64,000 nucleotides of DNA from an uncultured Prevotellaceae bacterium. Lineage in GTDB: Bacteria; Bacteroidota; Bacteroidia; Bacteroidales; Bacteroidaceae. Location of the stretch: the NCBI GenBank assembly GCA_900320045.1, contig ONQT01000006.1, forward strand, positions 19,633 through 83,632, written 5' to 3'. How positions within the stretch are numbered: the stretch's first letter is position 1; each line of letters opens with the position of its first letter. Shown here in pieces: positions 1 to 10,541 of the stretch. Made by a program: the position numbers and the translations under genes. Under the pieces are notes generated by a model that made no database searches, was not told the origin of the DNA, and was given only the letters and a program-made list of their open reading frames with translations.

Positions 1-1
1 C

Positions 2-598
2 GAGACGGTGCTGCACCAATTCATCAAGTACAGCGGCAAGCCCGTCTTCGCCATGGAGACCGCCACCGTACACCCCCTGCAGGCCTTTGCCGACCTCATC
101 ACCATCGAGGAGCATAAGACAGTGAAAAAGCCAAAGGTGGTACTCACTTGGGCCCCTCATTGTCGTGCCCTGCCGCAGGCTGTGCCCAACAGTTTTGCCG
201 AGTGGATGAATGCTGCCGAGGATGTGGATCTCGTCATCACACACCCCAAAGGCTATGAGCTCGACCCGAAGTTTGTGGGCAATGCCCGTGTGGAGTATGA
301 CCAGAAGAAAGCCTTCGAGGGGGCCGACTTCATCTATGCCAAGAACTGGTCGAACCCCGGCGTCACCAATCCTGCCGACTATGGCAAGATAACCTGCGAG
401 GACCGTTCGTGGACTGTAGATACCGAGCACATGTCGTGGACCAACAACGGTAAGTTCATGCACTGTCTGCCCGTACGCCGCAACCTCATCGTGACCGACG
501 ACGTCATCGAGAGCCCGAACAGCATCGTTATCCCCGAGGCTGCCAACCGCGAGATTTCATGCTCCGTCGTCATCAAGCGCATGCTGGAGGCCATGTAA
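2..598 (+). CDS. argF': N-succinyl/N-acetyl-ornithine carbamoyltransferase (Bacteroidota ArgF'), 5'-truncated by window edge
   Basis: Transcarbamylase motifs HPLQ and FMHCLP, plus TWAPH..ALPQAVPNSF typical of the ArgF' subfamily; frame open to the window start. Confidence 0.9.
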   Translation, partial: ETVLHQFIKYSGKPVFAMETATVHPLQAFADLITIEEHKTVKKPKVVLTWAPHCRALPQAVPNSFAEWMNAAEDVDLVITHPKGYELDPKFVGNARVEYDQKKAFEGADFIYAKNWSNPGVTNPADYGKITCEDRSWTVDTEHMSWTNNGKFMHCLPVRRNLIVTDDVIESPNSIVIPEAANREISCSVVIKRMLEAM

Positions 599-634
599 CC
601 TCCCGATTACAACAATAACCAAATACCTATCACG

Positions 635-1969
635 ATGATGAAGATTCACAAACCAAAGAGTAAAAACAAGCATATTCTCACCAAGGATGGCGTCAACTAT
701 CTGTTGCCGTTCATCCTTGTTACCACGTGTTTTGCCCTGTGGGGCTTTGCCAACGACATCACCAATCCGATGGTGAAGGCTTTCTCCAAGATTTTCCGCA
801 TGAGCGTCACCGATGGGGCCTTGGTACAGGTAGCCTTCTACGGCGGCTACTTCGCCATGGCCTTCCCCGCCGCGATGTTCATCCGCAAATACAGCTACAA
901 GGCTGGTGTGCTCATGGGATTAGGACTGTACGCCTTCGGTGCCTTCCTGTTCCTGCCTGCCTCATGGACAGGCATGTACTATCCCTTCCTGGCAGCCTAC
1001 TTTATCCTGACCTGCGGATTGTCGTTCCTGGAGACCTCGTGCAACCCCTACATCCTGTCCATGGGTGGTGAGGATACGGCCACACGCCGTCTGAACCTGG
1101 CACAATGTTTCAATCCCATGGGGTCGTTGTGCGGTATGTTTGTCGCCATGAACTTCATCCAGGCGAAGTTGCATCCTGCCTCCACGGAGCAGCGCGCCCT
1201 GCTGAGCGACGAGGAGTTCGCTGCCGTCCGCGATGCCGACCTCAGCGTGCTTATCACACCTTATTTAATTATAGGTGCTGTCATTGCCCTGATGTTCATC
1301 ATCATCTGGCGCGCCAACATGCCCCACAATGCCGATAAGAATCACGACGTACACCCGCTGACCACGCTGAAGCGCATCCTGCGCATCGACTATTACCGCG
1401 AGGGGGTCATTGCCCAGTTCTTCTATGTCGGTGTACAGATCATGTGCTGGACCTTCATCATCCAGTATGGCACACGAGTTTTTATGGAGGAAGGAATGGC
1501 TGAGCGCGATGCCGAGGTGCTGTCGCAGCAGTATAACATCCTGGCGATGATCATCTTTGTCTGCAGCCGCTTCATCTGCACGCTGTTCCTGAAATATGTC
1601 AACGCCGGAGCCCTATTGGGTACGCTGGCAACCCTCGGAGTCCTACTGACGCTGGGTGTTATCTTTATCGACGGACGCCCGGGACTATATTGTCTGGTTG
1701 CCATCTCAGGCTGTATGTCGCTGATGTTCCCCACCATTTACGGCATCGCACTACAGGGATTGGGTGACGATGCGAAGTTCGGTGCAGCTGGTCTCATCAT
1801 GGCCATTCTGGGAGGCTCCGTACTTCCCCCGTTGCAGGCCAACATCATCGACCAGCATACCGTCTTCAACATGCCTGCTGTCAATATCTCGTTTGTATTG
1901 CCGCTGATTTGCTTTGTCGTCATCATCATCTATGGCTATCGCACTTACCAGCGGACGAAGATGATTTAA
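635..1969 (+). CDS. fucP: L-fucose:H+ symporter family MFS permease
   Basis: FALWGFAND, LETSCNPY, RRLNLAQCFNPMG, SLMFPTIY motifs; about 12 hydrophobic segments. Confidence 0.88.
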   Translation: MMKIHKPKSKNKHILTKDGVNYLLPFILVTTCFALWGFANDITNPMVKAFSKIFRMSVTDGALVQVAFYGGYFAMAFPAAMFIRKYSYKAGVLMGLGLYAFGAFLFLPASWTGMYYPFLAAYFILTCGLSFLETSCNPYILSMGGEDTATRRLNLAQCFNPMGSLCGMFVAMNFIQAKLHPASTEQRALLSDEEFAAVRDADLSVLITPYLIIGAVIALMFIIIWRANMPHNADKNHDVHPLTTLKRILRIDYYREGVIAQFFYVGVQIMCWTFIIQYGTRVFMEEGMAERDAEVLSQQYNILAMIIFVCSRFICTLFLKYVNAGALLGTLATLGVLLTLGVIFIDGRPGLYCLVAISGCMSLMFPTIYGIALQGLGDDAKFGAAGLIMAILGGSVLPPLQANIIDQHTVFNMPAVNISFVLPLICFVVIIIYGYRTYQRTKMI

Positions 1970-1980
1970 GGGAAAAGGCA

Positions 1981-3108
1981 TTACTGTATTTCGCCGTTCT
2001 CGACATGGAAAATTCTGTAGTCGAGCGTGCTACCAGTTAGTATTTGGTCCAAATGGTCGCGGTTGGTATCCGTAATGAATATCTGACCGAAACTGTCGCT
2101 GGACACCAGGCGCACAATCTGCTCCACACGCTGGGCATCGAGTTTGTCGAAGATGTCGTCGAGCAGCAGCAGGGGTGTCGTCTGTGAGGCTGTGCGTCTC
2201 AGAAAGTCAAACTGTGCCAGCTTCAAAGCAATGACAAAGGTCTTGTTCTGTCCCTGTGAACCTTCGCGCTTCATGGGATGCCCATCCAGGGTAAACTCCA
2301 GGTCGTCGCGATGGACACCGTGCAGCGAGTAGCCCACAGCCAAGTCTTTGTGCCGGTCGCGCCGGATAACGTCCAGCAGCAAACCACGCTGGCAGTGGGA
2401 GACGTATTGCAGTCCTACCTGCTCCTGATGACCGGATATGTGCTGGTAGTACTCCTGAAAGACTGGCGTCAACTCATCCACAAAAGCCGTTCGCTTACGG
2501 AACAGCTGCTCGCCAGCCTCAGCCATCTGTTCCTCCCAGAGTTGCATGAGCGTTTCATCGGGGGTGAATCCGGATGTGCTGGATTCGGCCTGCCGAAGCA
2601 GACTGTTGCGCTGTTGTAAGGCATTGTTGTACCTCGACAGGGCATCGATATAGGAGCGGTCATACTGTGCGATGACCATGTCCATCAAGCGGCGTCGTTC
2701 CTCGCTCATACCTTCTATCAATAGGGTATCAGCAGGTGACACAACGACCAAGGGTATGAGTCCGATATGCTCCGACAAACGTTTGTATTCCTTCTTGTTG
2801 CGCTTGAAGTGCTTCTTCTGTCCACGCTTCATGCCACAGGAAACGACGAGCGTAGCCTCCTCACTCCCGTCTCCTTGCTCTTCCACATACTCTCCCTCCA
2901 ACATACAGAAAGGCTCGTCGTGTCGGATGACCTGCGAGTCGATGGGGTTGTTGGCCGAACGGCAGAAGGACAAATAGTAGACGGCATCCAGGACATTGGT
3001 CTTGCCCATACCGTTGCGCCCGATGAAACAATTCATCTTGGGCGACAGCTCCAATTGGGCCTCGCCAATGTTCTTATAGTTCAGTATGGATAGACGTTTC
3101 AGTATCAT
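1981..3108 (-). CDS. recF: DNA replication and repair protein RecF
   Basis: Walker A GRNGMGKT, SQGQNKT, LLLDDIFDKLD; start placed at ATG 3108 (MILKRLSILNYKN), just downstream of a TAnnTTTG promoter. Confidence 0.95.
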   Translation of the reverse strand: MILKRLSILNYKNIGEAQLELSPKMNCFIGRNGMGKTNVLDAVYYLSFCRSANNPIDSQVIRHDEPFCMLEGEYVEEQGDGSEEATLVVSCGMKRGQKKHFKRNKKEYKRLSEHIGLIPLVVVSPADTLLIEGMSEERRRLMDMVIAQYDRSYIDALSRYNNALQQRNSLLRQAESSTSGFTPDETLMQLWEEQMAEAGEQLFRKRTAFVDELTPVFQEYYQHISGHQEQVGLQYVSHCQRGLLLDVIRRDRHKDLAVGYSLHGVHRDDLEFTLDGHPMKREGSQGQNKTFVIALKLAQFDFLRRTASQTTPLLLLDDIFDKLDAQRVEQIVRLVSSDSFGQIFITDTNRDHLDQILTGSTLDYRIFHVENGEIQ

Positions 3109-3116
3109 TTGCGCTA

Positions 3117-3124
3117 CAAAGGTA
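3117..3124 (-). promoter_or_regulatory. Bacteroidota housekeeping -7 promoter element (TACCTTTG) for recF
   Basis: Matches TAnnTTTG, 8 bp upstream of the recF ATG. Confidence 0.75.
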
Positions 3125-3130
3125 GTGAAA

Positions 3131-3168
3131 AATAAAAGAATAAAAGAATAAAAGGATGAAAGAATCAA
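3131..3168. repeat. 8-mer tandem microrepeat (AATAAAAG)x3 plus degenerate units
   Basis: AATAAAAG AATAAAAG AATAAAAG GATGAAAG AATCAA between two divergent promoters. Confidence 0.8.
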
Positions 3169-3178
3169 AAATATTTCG

Positions 3179-3186
3179 TAACTTTG
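3179..3186 (+). promoter_or_regulatory. -7 promoter element (TAACTTTG) for the microprotein-DUF3822-rsmD unit
   Basis: Matches TAnnTTTG, 8 bp before ATG 3195. Confidence 0.75.
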
Positions 3187-3194
3187 CAGTCGAA

Positions 3195-3281
3195 ATGGAC
3201 AGCAACCGTTTGATAAATATCATATTAGCGCTGGCAGCACTGGCTTTGACCGTGCTCTGCGCATGGAGTATAGCATCATGA
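3195..3281 (+). CDS. 28-aa single-transmembrane microprotein (not in ORF track)
   Basis: MDSNRLINIILALAALALTVLCAWSIAS*; first ATG after the promoter; its TGA overlaps the next ATG (ATGA). Confidence 0.65.
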   Translation: MDSNRLINIILALAALALTVLCAWSIAS

Positions 3282-4099
3282 CCGACATCGCAACGCCACA
3301 GAACCACCGAATCGTTATCCGCGTCAGCGCCGGCAGTTTGTCGTTCTCGAAAGTAACGGCAGAGGGCGTGACCTACGAGCCCTATGCGCTGAATAGCAGC
3401 ATAGCCATCGCCGCCAACCTGCGCGAGGCTCTGCGCACCATCCCCATGCTACGGCAGGAGACAGACCGCACACTAGTGATGGTTGACTCGCCAACACTCC
3501 TAGTGCCGCTCAACCAGTTTCCCGACAACCAAACGGAGCAGGAAGAACTGTACCGTCACGCCTTCAGTCAGACAGAACAGAAAGCAGTATTGTACACGGT
3601 ACTGACCGACTTGAACAGCGTGGCACTCTTCAGTCTGCCTAAGGATCTGCTCACCGTCTGCAACGACGCCTTCAAGGGTGTCAGCTTCATGCCCGCCGTG
3701 GCTCCTGTCTGGCATCACCTGCACCAGCGCAGCTATACCGGTCAGCGTCAGAAGCTCTACGGCTACTTCCATGAGCGCCGACTGGAAATCTTCTCCTTCG
3801 GGCAGAACCGTTTCCGCTTCTGCAACACATTCACGGCCAACAATCCCAACGATGCACTGTACTACCTGCTGTCCGTCTGGAAGCAGTTGGCCATGACTCC
3901 TGAGCACGATGAGCTTCACTTGGTGGGCGACCTGCCGGAACGCGAGTCACTCATGGCCGAAGCGCAGAAGTTCGTCAAGCGCGTCTTCTTCATCAACCCC
4001 TCGGGTGAGTTCAACCGTGCCCTGGTGACTCAGATAGCAGAAATGCCTTACGACCTGATGGTATTGTTCGTAAAAGGCAACGCAAGCAGAAAACTATAA
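3278..4099 (+). CDS. DUF3822 family protein
   Basis: FCNTF..NDALYYLLSVWKQL and INPSGEFNRA...MPYDL resemble DUF3822; usual position upstream of rsmD. Confidence 0.8.
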   Translation: MTDIATPQNHRIVIRVSAGSLSFSKVTAEGVTYEPYALNSSIAIAANLREALRTIPMLRQETDRTLVMVDSPTLLVPLNQFPDNQTEQEELYRHAFSQTEQKAVLYTVLTDLNSVALFSLPKDLLTVCNDAFKGVSFMPAVAPVWHHLHQRSYTGQRQKLYGYFHERRLEIFSFGQNRFRFCNTFTANNPNDALYYLLSVWKQLAMTPEHDELHLVGDLPERESLMAEAQKFVKRVFFINPSGEFNRALVTQIAEMPYDLMVLFVKGNASRKL

Positions 4100-4145
4100 C
4101 AAGCCCATCATCCAAGACCGTTACAATAATATAGTTAAAGGAGAA

Positions 4146-4679
4146 GTGAGAATTATTACCGGTAAATACAAAGGTCGTCATTTTGACATTCCGCGCTCGT
4201 TCAAGGCACGGCCTACGACCGACTTTGCCAAAGAGAACATCTTCAACGTACTCATCCAGTACGTCGACTTTGACGAAGCCACCGCCCTAGATCTCTTCTC
4301 CGGTACGGGTAGCATCACCCTTGAGCTTCTGTCCAGAGGATGCCAGCAGGTTGTCAGCGTCGAACTGGACCGCGACCACCACCGCTTCATCTGCGACTGT
4401 CTCGCAAAACTTGACGGGCACAATGCCTGTTTACCCCTTCGCGGCGATGTATTCCGCTTTATAAAGGGCTGTAAGCAGCAGTTCGACTTCATCTTTGCCG
4501 ACCCCCCATACGCACTGAAGGAGCTTTCAACCCTTCCCGACCTCATCTTCGACAAGCAGTTGCTGAAGCCCGACGGGCTCTTCGTTTTGGAACACGGCAA
4601 GGACAACGATTTCGCACAACATCCCCACTTCGTAGAGCACCGCCAGTACGGCAGTGTCAACTTCTCATTGTTCCGCTAA
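4146..4679 (+). CDS. rsmD: 16S rRNA m2G966 methyltransferase RsmD
   Basis: MRIITGKYKG, ARPTTD, LDLFSGTG, FADPPY. Confidence 0.93.
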   Translation: MRIITGKYKGRHFDIPRSFKARPTTDFAKENIFNVLIQYVDFDEATALDLFSGTGSITLELLSRGCQQVVSVELDRDHHRFICDCLAKLDGHNACLPLRGDVFRFIKGCKQQFDFIFADPPYALKELSTLPDLIFDKQLLKPDGLFVLEHGKDNDFAQHPHFVEHRQYGSVNFSLFR

Positions 4680-4688
4680 ACCATTACC

Positions 4689-6113
4689 TTACAGCAGAGG
4701 CGAAACAAGACGGGCGAAGGATTCCAACAGACGTTTGAAGAAATTGGGGTGCAAGCGACGGGGCAGTTGTGACAGAGGAATGCTCTGCGACTGGTCGTCA
4801 AGGATAATCTTCTTCAGGCGAAGAGCCGTACTTTCATCATAGATAAAGACGTTGGCCTCAAAGTTATTCTCAAAGGAGCGAAAGTCAACGTTGGTAGAAC
4901 CACAGGTGCTCAAGGAGTCGTCGGCAACCATTACTTTTGAGTGGAGGAAACCCGTCTTGTAAAGATACACCTTTGCCCCAGCCTCATGCAGTTCACGAAG
5001 ATAGGAGCGCGATGCCCAGTCAGTAAAACGTGCATCAGAGCGTAGCGGACAAAGGATGCGCACGTCGACACCAGCCACAGCCGCCGTCTTCAGGGCAAAC
5101 AGCACAGGTTCATTGGGCAGAAAATAGGGCGTCTCCAAATAGATATACCGCCGGGCGGCCAGGATGATGCGAACGTATCCCTGCATAATCTCAGGATACT
5201 GTGCAAGAGGTCCGCTGGTGACAATTTGCGCCAAAGGAACCTGACCGGTATGAGCAGAAACTGGCGGATAGTACTTGCGGTCGGTAATGAGGGTACGGTC
5301 GACGAAATACCAATCAATCAGGAACGTGCGCTGCAGGGCATAGACGATGCCTCCTGTAAGGCGCAGCATCGTGTCGCGCCAAGGCTGAGCCCCCGTTCCC
5401 TGCACATAGCGACGGGCAATGTTCATACCACCGATATAACCCACCTGTCCGTCAATGACAATTAGCTTGCGGTGGTTGCGGCAGTTGGCTTTGCTGGTAA
5501 ACGACGGGAAGCGAACGGGCAGATAAGGAACGATCTCGATTCCGCTCTCGCGCATTCGCTCAAAGAAGTTATGATGGACCTTCCAGCAACCCACGTCATC
5601 ATAGATGACACGTACCAGGACACCACTTCGAGCACGGTCTGCCAAGGCATCCGCTATCAGTAAACCCAAGGCATCGTCCTCGAAGATATACATATCAATA
5701 TGAATATGATGACGTGCCTGAGCAATGTCCTTCAGCAGTTCAGGGAAGAAGGCGTAGCCATCGGTCATGATATCAATCTTTCCTGCCTTAAAAGGCAATG
5801 ACATATTCTGGTTGACAAAGAGGTCGACCAACTGCTTATAACGCTCAGGGACATGCAGGTCGGGCTGCTCGACGAAGCTCAGCATGGAACGCTTGGACAA
5901 TTCGTCGACAGAGCGCTGGCTGATGAGTCGCTCGCGGCGGTGGTTCACACCAAAGAACAGATAGAACACCACTCCCACGACCGGAATAAAGAGAATCACC
6001 AGTGCCCACGCCATCGTCTTGGCAGGCTGGCGATTGTCCATCACGACGTGAATAACCATGGCGGCTATCAGAATCCACGTCAGTGTCATTCCTATGATAT
6101 AGAGCAGGTGCAT
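4689..6113 (-). CDS. cls: cardiolipin synthase
   Basis: Two PLD HKD motifs (NHRKLIVIDG, LHSKVMVADD), two N-terminal TM helices; start placed at ATG 6113. Confidence 0.92.
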   Translation of the reverse strand: MHLLYIIGMTLTWILIAAMVIHVVMDNRQPAKTMAWALVILFIPVVGVVFYLFFGVNHRRERLISQRSVDELSKRSMLSFVEQPDLHVPERYKQLVDLFVNQNMSLPFKAGKIDIMTDGYAFFPELLKDIAQARHHIHIDMYIFEDDALGLLIADALADRARSGVLVRVIYDDVGCWKVHHNFFERMRESGIEIVPYLPVRFPSFTSKANCRNHRKLIVIDGQVGYIGGMNIARRYVQGTGAQPWRDTMLRLTGGIVYALQRTFLIDWYFVDRTLITDRKYYPPVSAHTGQVPLAQIVTSGPLAQYPEIMQGYVRIILAARRYIYLETPYFLPNEPVLFALKTAAVAGVDVRILCPLRSDARFTDWASRSYLRELHEAGAKVYLYKTGFLHSKVMVADDSLSTCGSTNVDFRSFENNFEANVFIYDESTALRLKKIILDDQSQSIPLSQLPRRLHPNFFKRLLESFARLVSPLL

Positions 6114-6142
6114 ATCGGTTATTGGTCTTTTGCTATTGACTG

Positions 6143-8119
6143 TCAAACGACGACGTCGGAGCCTCGTTGACGGGCCAGAGCATTCCGCAGCTCTTGAGTG
6201 TCCTTAAAGGCGTCCATCAGTTCTTTTATCCTGTCGCGGTCACTGCCGACGGTCTTCAACTCACGCTGGATGTCCTTCAGGCGCTGATTGACGATGTCCA
6301 TACGGAAGTCGAGTATGAGATGCTGGATGCGCTGACGCAGGCTACTGCCGCTGCTCTTCAGTTCAAAGCTGCGACTAAGCTGGTGGTTATCAATGGCCAG
6401 CCGTGCAGCCAACTGGCTCATGGCGGGGTCAGGATGCTGCATGAAATACTGGTCGGACTTGAACCCCGGGTCGCCAGAATGCTCCACGGCCTCATGCAGG
6501 ATGCGGTTGTAGCGTTCGTCGCTGAACGACAGACCGTCGCTGCCCAGGTCGTAATCCACATACTGTGCCACATTGAGGCTGACAGTACCGCCGTCCTCCG
6601 TCTCCAAATTCTCGAAGATGACTTCGTCGCCGTGGCGGATGACATTCTGTATCAACAGGCGTTCCACTTCCGTAGACTGCTCCAGAGCCGTATGCAATCC
6701 CATCGGTTCTATGGCAGGGCGAGCTGACGGAGTGTCCGCAGCCTCCCTACCCTGCTCGCGGTCGCGTTCTTTCTGGCGGTCTTCCTTATCCTTGGCGATG
6801 TAATTGTTGACGGTGGTCACGAGAGCATCCTCTCGGACATTGAAGCGATGGGCACACTCAGAAAGATAGGTGTTGCGCTTCAGCGGATCGGGAATGACCG
6901 AGACACTCTTCAGAATGCTGCCGATAGCCTCCGAACGCTTCTGCGGGTCAGTAACGTTCTTCAGCAACAGCTCGGTCTTGAACTGGATGAAGTCCGTCTG
7001 GTGCTGCTCAATATAGTCCTTGAACTGCTGGGCGGTATGCTTGCGGGCAAAGGAGTCGGGGTCGTCGCCGTCGGGGAGCAGCAGCACCTTGATGTTCATA
7101 CCTTCCTGCAGCAACATGTCTGTACCACGCATGGCAGCATGGATGCCGGCCTCATCGCCGTCATAAAGCAGCACAATGTTCTGCGTGAAACGGTGCAGTA
7201 ACTTAATCTGATGGACAGACAGTGCGGTACCGGAGTTGGCCACAACGTTCTCCAAGCCACACTGGTGCATGGCAATGACGTCGGTATAACCCTCAACCAT
7301 ATAGACGCAGTCTTCCTTGACGATGGCTTTCTTCGCCTGATAGATGCCGTAGAGCTCGCGTTCCTTATGATATATCACAGAGTCGGGCGAGTTGACATAC
7401 TTCTGCTGCACGCCTTTCGTAGCTGCATCGAGTTTACGACCACCGAAGGCTACAACCTTGCCACTCACGTTCAGCCACGGGAAGATAGCTCGACCTGCAA
7501 AGCGGTCAATTAGTTGGGTATTGGAGGAAGGTTGCTGGGTGTTTGCCTCGCGAACATAGCAAAGTCCTGTCTTGACGAGGAATTCGTCCTTGTAACCCTT
7601 GCGTCGTGCCTCGTTAGCCATGGCGTCGCGCTTGGTGAGGGCAAAGCCCAACATAAACTTCTCAATGATGTCGTCGCGAATGCCACGACTGCGGAAATAT
7701 TGCTTTCCAATAGCCTGGCCATCGACGTCGTTCTTCAAGATCTCATGGAAGTACTGACAAGCCCACTCGTTGACGATGAACATCGACTCACGTTCGGTCT
7801 GTTGTTGTTTCTCTTCCGCCGTCAGTTCGCGTTCCTCTATTTCTATGTTGTACTTCTTGGCCAGCCAGCGCAACGCCTCAGGATAGGTAATCTGCTCGTG
7901 CTTCATGAGGAAATTGACGGCATTGCCACCTTCACCGCAGGAGAAGCACTTGCAAATCTGACGAGCCGGCGACACCATAAACGACGGTGTCGTGTCGTCA
8001 TGGAACGGGCACAGGCCCTTGTAGTTGACACCCGACTTGCGCAGATTGACAAATTCACCCACCACATCAACGATGTTAGTGGCTTCCATAATCTTGTCAA
8101 CTGTCGCGCGGTCTATCAT
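6143..8119 (-). CDS. dnaG: DNA primase
   Basis: CPFH...CFSC zinc finger, KYVNSP, VEGYTDV, TOPRIM YDGDEAG, DPDS. Confidence 0.97.
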   Translation of the reverse strand: MIDRATVDKIMEATNIVDVVGEFVNLRKSGVNYKGLCPFHDDTTPSFMVSPARQICKCFSCGEGGNAVNFLMKHEQITYPEALRWLAKKYNIEIEERELTAEEKQQQTERESMFIVNEWACQYFHEILKNDVDGQAIGKQYFRSRGIRDDIIEKFMLGFALTKRDAMANEARRKGYKDEFLVKTGLCYVREANTQQPSSNTQLIDRFAGRAIFPWLNVSGKVVAFGGRKLDAATKGVQQKYVNSPDSVIYHKERELYGIYQAKKAIVKEDCVYMVEGYTDVIAMHQCGLENVVANSGTALSVHQIKLLHRFTQNIVLLYDGDEAGIHAAMRGTDMLLQEGMNIKVLLLPDGDDPDSFARKHTAQQFKDYIEQHQTDFIQFKTELLLKNVTDPQKRSEAIGSILKSVSVIPDPLKRNTYLSECAHRFNVREDALVTTVNNYIAKDKEDRQKERDREQGREAADTPSARPAIEPMGLHTALEQSTEVERLLIQNVIRHGDEVIFENLETEDGGTVSLNVAQYVDYDLGSDGLSFSDERYNRILHEAVEHSGDPGFKSDQYFMQHPDPAMSQLAARLAIDNHQLSRSFELKSSGSSLRQRIQHLILDFRMDIVNQRLKDIQRELKTVGSDRDRIKELMDAFKDTQELRNALARQRGSDVVV

Positions 8120-8148
8120 AATTATAGAGGTGAGAAGCTAGAGAAAGG

Positions 8149-8916
8149 TTATTGTTGCTGATGGGTGACGGCGGCACGCATCTCCTTCAGCAGGTCACTG
8201 GCAAAGATGAAGTCGGTAAGCCGTTGGTTGGTAGAGTGCATGATCTCGCTGCTGACACCTTGCCACTCCTTGTGCCCTTGGTAGATAAAGATGATGTTCT
8301 CACCAATACCCATCACGGAGTTCATATCGTGAGTATTAATGATGGTCGTCATGTTGAACTCCTGTGTAATGGAGTGCAGCAGATCATCGATAACCAGCGA
8401 GGTCTTGGGATCCAGACCGCTGTTCGGCTCATCGCAGAACAGATACTTGGGATTAAGGGCAATGGCACGGGCGATGGCCACACGTTTCTGCATACCACCG
8501 CTGATTTCGCCTGGATATTTCTCCTCAGCGCCCACCAGGTTGACACGGTCCAGACAGTCCATAGCCCGCTTGGTGCGCTCGCGGAGTGTCATCGACGAGA
8601 ACATATCGAGCGGGAACATGACGTTTTCCAGTACCGTTAATGAGTCAAAGAGTGCTGCCGACTGGAAAATCATACCCATCTCACGACGCATGAGCACCTT
8701 TTCCTGTTTGGACATCTTCACGAAGTCACGACCGTCGTAGAGTATCTGGCCGCTGGTTGGTTCGAAGAGTCCTACAAGGTTCTTCATGAGCACGGTCTTA
8801 CCCGAGCCGGACTGTCCAATGATGAGGTTGGTCTTGCCGTCCTCGAACATGGTGCTAATATTCTTTAGCACCTGGACACCGTCGAATTCCTTATATAGAT
8901 TCTGTACCTCTATCAT
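8149..8916 (-). CDS. MlaF-like ABC transporter ATP-binding protein
   Basis: GQSGSGKT, ISGGMQKRVAIARA, FCDEPNSGLDP; adjacent to MlaE. Confidence 0.88.
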   Translation of the reverse strand: MIEVQNLYKEFDGVQVLKNISTMFEDGKTNLIIGQSGSGKTVLMKNLVGLFEPTSGQILYDGRDFVKMSKQEKVLMRREMGMIFQSAALFDSLTVLENVMFPLDMFSSMTLRERTKRAMDCLDRVNLVGAEEKYPGEISGGMQKRVAIARAIALNPKYLFCDEPNSGLDPKTSLVIDDLLHSITQEFNMTTIINTHDMNSVMGIGENIIFIYQGHKEWQGVSSEIMHSTNQRLTDFIFASDLLKEMRAAVTHQQQ

Positions 8917-9665
8917 GACAGTAGTTGTGTTAGGAATACATCAGAGAAAAGGATGAGCGTACTAGAGCACACCACGGCATCGGTCGATGCCTTGCCGACA
9001 TTCACGGAACCGCCCTCAACGGTATAGCCGAAGTAGGACGGGACAGCGGTAATGATAAAGGCAAAGAACTGGCTCTTGATGATGCTCATCCACATGAACC
9101 AGGGCACGAAGTTGTGCTGCAAGCCCAGCGTCAGGTCGTCGGGTACGATGATATGAGCAATGAAAGCGGTGCCGTATGCACCAATAATACCCATCGCCGA
9201 CGAGAAGATGACGAGGAAGGGCATGATAGTCAGCATACCAAGAATTTTGGGCAGTATCAGATAGCAGGCAGAGTTGACGCCCATAATGTCCAAAGCATCA
9301 ATCTGCTGGGTAACACGCATCGTACCTATCTCGGAAGCAATGTTCGAGCCCACCTTTCCGGCAAGAATCAGACACATGATACTGCTGGAGAATTCCAGAA
9401 GCATGATTTCTCGTGTGGTATAGCCTGCCACCCAACGAGGCATCCATGGCGATTCGATGTTCACCTTCATCTGAATGCAGATAACGGCACCGATAAAGAA
9501 TGAGATCAGCAGTACGATTCCGATGGAGTTGACACCCAACTGAGCCATCTCCTTGACATACTGTTTCCAGAACATACGAAACCGCTCCGGGATAGAGAAT
9601 GTACGTCCCATGAGCAGCATAAACTTGCCGAACGTTGTTAGGGCATTGAAAAATAGTCTAATCAT
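8913..9665 (-). CDS. MlaE family ABC transporter permease
   Basis: [35 protein letters not shown]. Confidence 0.9.
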   Translation of the reverse strand: MIRLFFNALTTFGKFMLLMGRTFSIPERFRMFWKQYVKEMAQLGVNSIGIVLLISFFIGAVICIQMKVNIESPWMPRWVAGYTTREIMLLEFSSSIMCLILAGKVGSNIASEIGTMRVTQQIDALDIMGVNSACYLILPKILGMLTIMPFLVIFSSAMGIIGAYGTAFIAHIIVPDDLTLGLQHNFVPWFMWMSIIKSQFFAFIITAVPSYFGYTVEGGSVNVGKASTDAVVCSSTLILFSDVFLTQLLS

Positions 9666-10480
9666 TGTTGTTGCTGTCTTTCCTCCTCTAATTCCTTACG
9701 TCGCTTGGCCTCGGCCAGTTCCTCGAAGTTTTTCTTCTGCAGCACGAAATTGGAACCGAGGTATTTCTCCTTCACGATGGGGTTCACGGCCAACTCCTCC
9801 GGCGAGCCCTTGAACAGAATGCGTCCCTCGAAGAGCAGGTAGGCGCGGTCGGTAATGTTCAGCGTCTCATGCACGTTATGGTCGGTAATCAGGATGCCGA
9901 TATTACGGTATTTCAGTTGCCATACTATCTGCTGGATATCCTCCACGGCAATGGGGTCGACACCGGCAAAGGGCTCGTCGAGCATAATGAACTTCGGCTC
10001 GATGGCCAGACAGCGGGCAATCTCCGTACGGCGACGCTCACCACCGGAAAGTTGGTCGCCCTTGTTCTTACGAACCTTGCCCAAACGAAACTCCTTGATC
10101 AGGCTCTCCAGTTTCTCCAACTGGTATTCACGAGGCCTGCCAGTCATCTCCAGCACGCTGAGGATATTGTCTTCCACAGACATCTTGCGGAACACGCTGG
10201 CCTCCTGAGCCAGATAGCCGATACCGGCACGAGCACGCTTGTAGACAGGATATTCCGTCACGTCCTCGTCACCGAGATAGATATGACCGCCATTCGGTAC
10301 GATCAGTCCTGTTGTCATATAGAATGATGTCGTCTTACCGGCACCATTAGGTCCCAGCAGACCCACTATCTCGCCTTGTTTGACGTCAAAACTCACGTCG
10401 TTCACCACGGTACGCTTACCATACCGTTTGACAAGTCCTTCCGTACGCAGCACCAGCTGCTCCTGTTTTCCATTCTCCAT
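9662..10480 (-). CDS. lptB: LPS export ABC transporter ATPase LptB
   Basis: [50 protein letters not shown]; start placed at ATG 10480. Confidence 0.94.
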   Translation of the reverse strand: MENGKQEQLVLRTEGLVKRYGKRTVVNDVSFDVKQGEIVGLLGPNGAGKTTSFYMTTGLIVPNGGHIYLGDEDVTEYPVYKRARAGIGYLAQEASVFRKMSVEDNILSVLEMTGRPREYQLEKLESLIKEFRLGKVRKNKGDQLSGGERRRTEIARCLAIEPKFIMLDEPFAGVDPIAVEDIQQIVWQLKYRNIGILITDHNVHETLNITDRAYLLFEGRILFKGSPEELAVNPIVKEKYLGSNFVLQKKNFEELAEAKRRKELEEERQQQQ

Positions 10481-10489
10481 AATCGGGTG

Positions 10490-10497
10490 CAAAGATA
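10490..10497 (-). promoter_or_regulatory. -7 promoter element (TATCTTTG) for the lptB-mlaE-mlaF-dnaG-cls operon
   Basis: TAnnTTTG match 9 bp upstream of the lptB ATG. Confidence 0.7.
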
Positions 10498-10541
10498 CAA
10501 AGAAGACTGCAAAAAGCCAAATTTATTTGCGCTTTTTTGAT

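Noticed and set aside
635-1969. fucP as part of the RG-II cluster
   Set aside because: Separated by about 8.6 kb of housekeeping genes and lacks the shared upstream motif.
6721-6745. Hairpin in the dnaG linker (and CGGG-TTCG-CCCG in hflX near 38235-38246)
   Set aside because: Loop and leader do not fit the families, and such short stems can arise by chance in GC-rich DNA.
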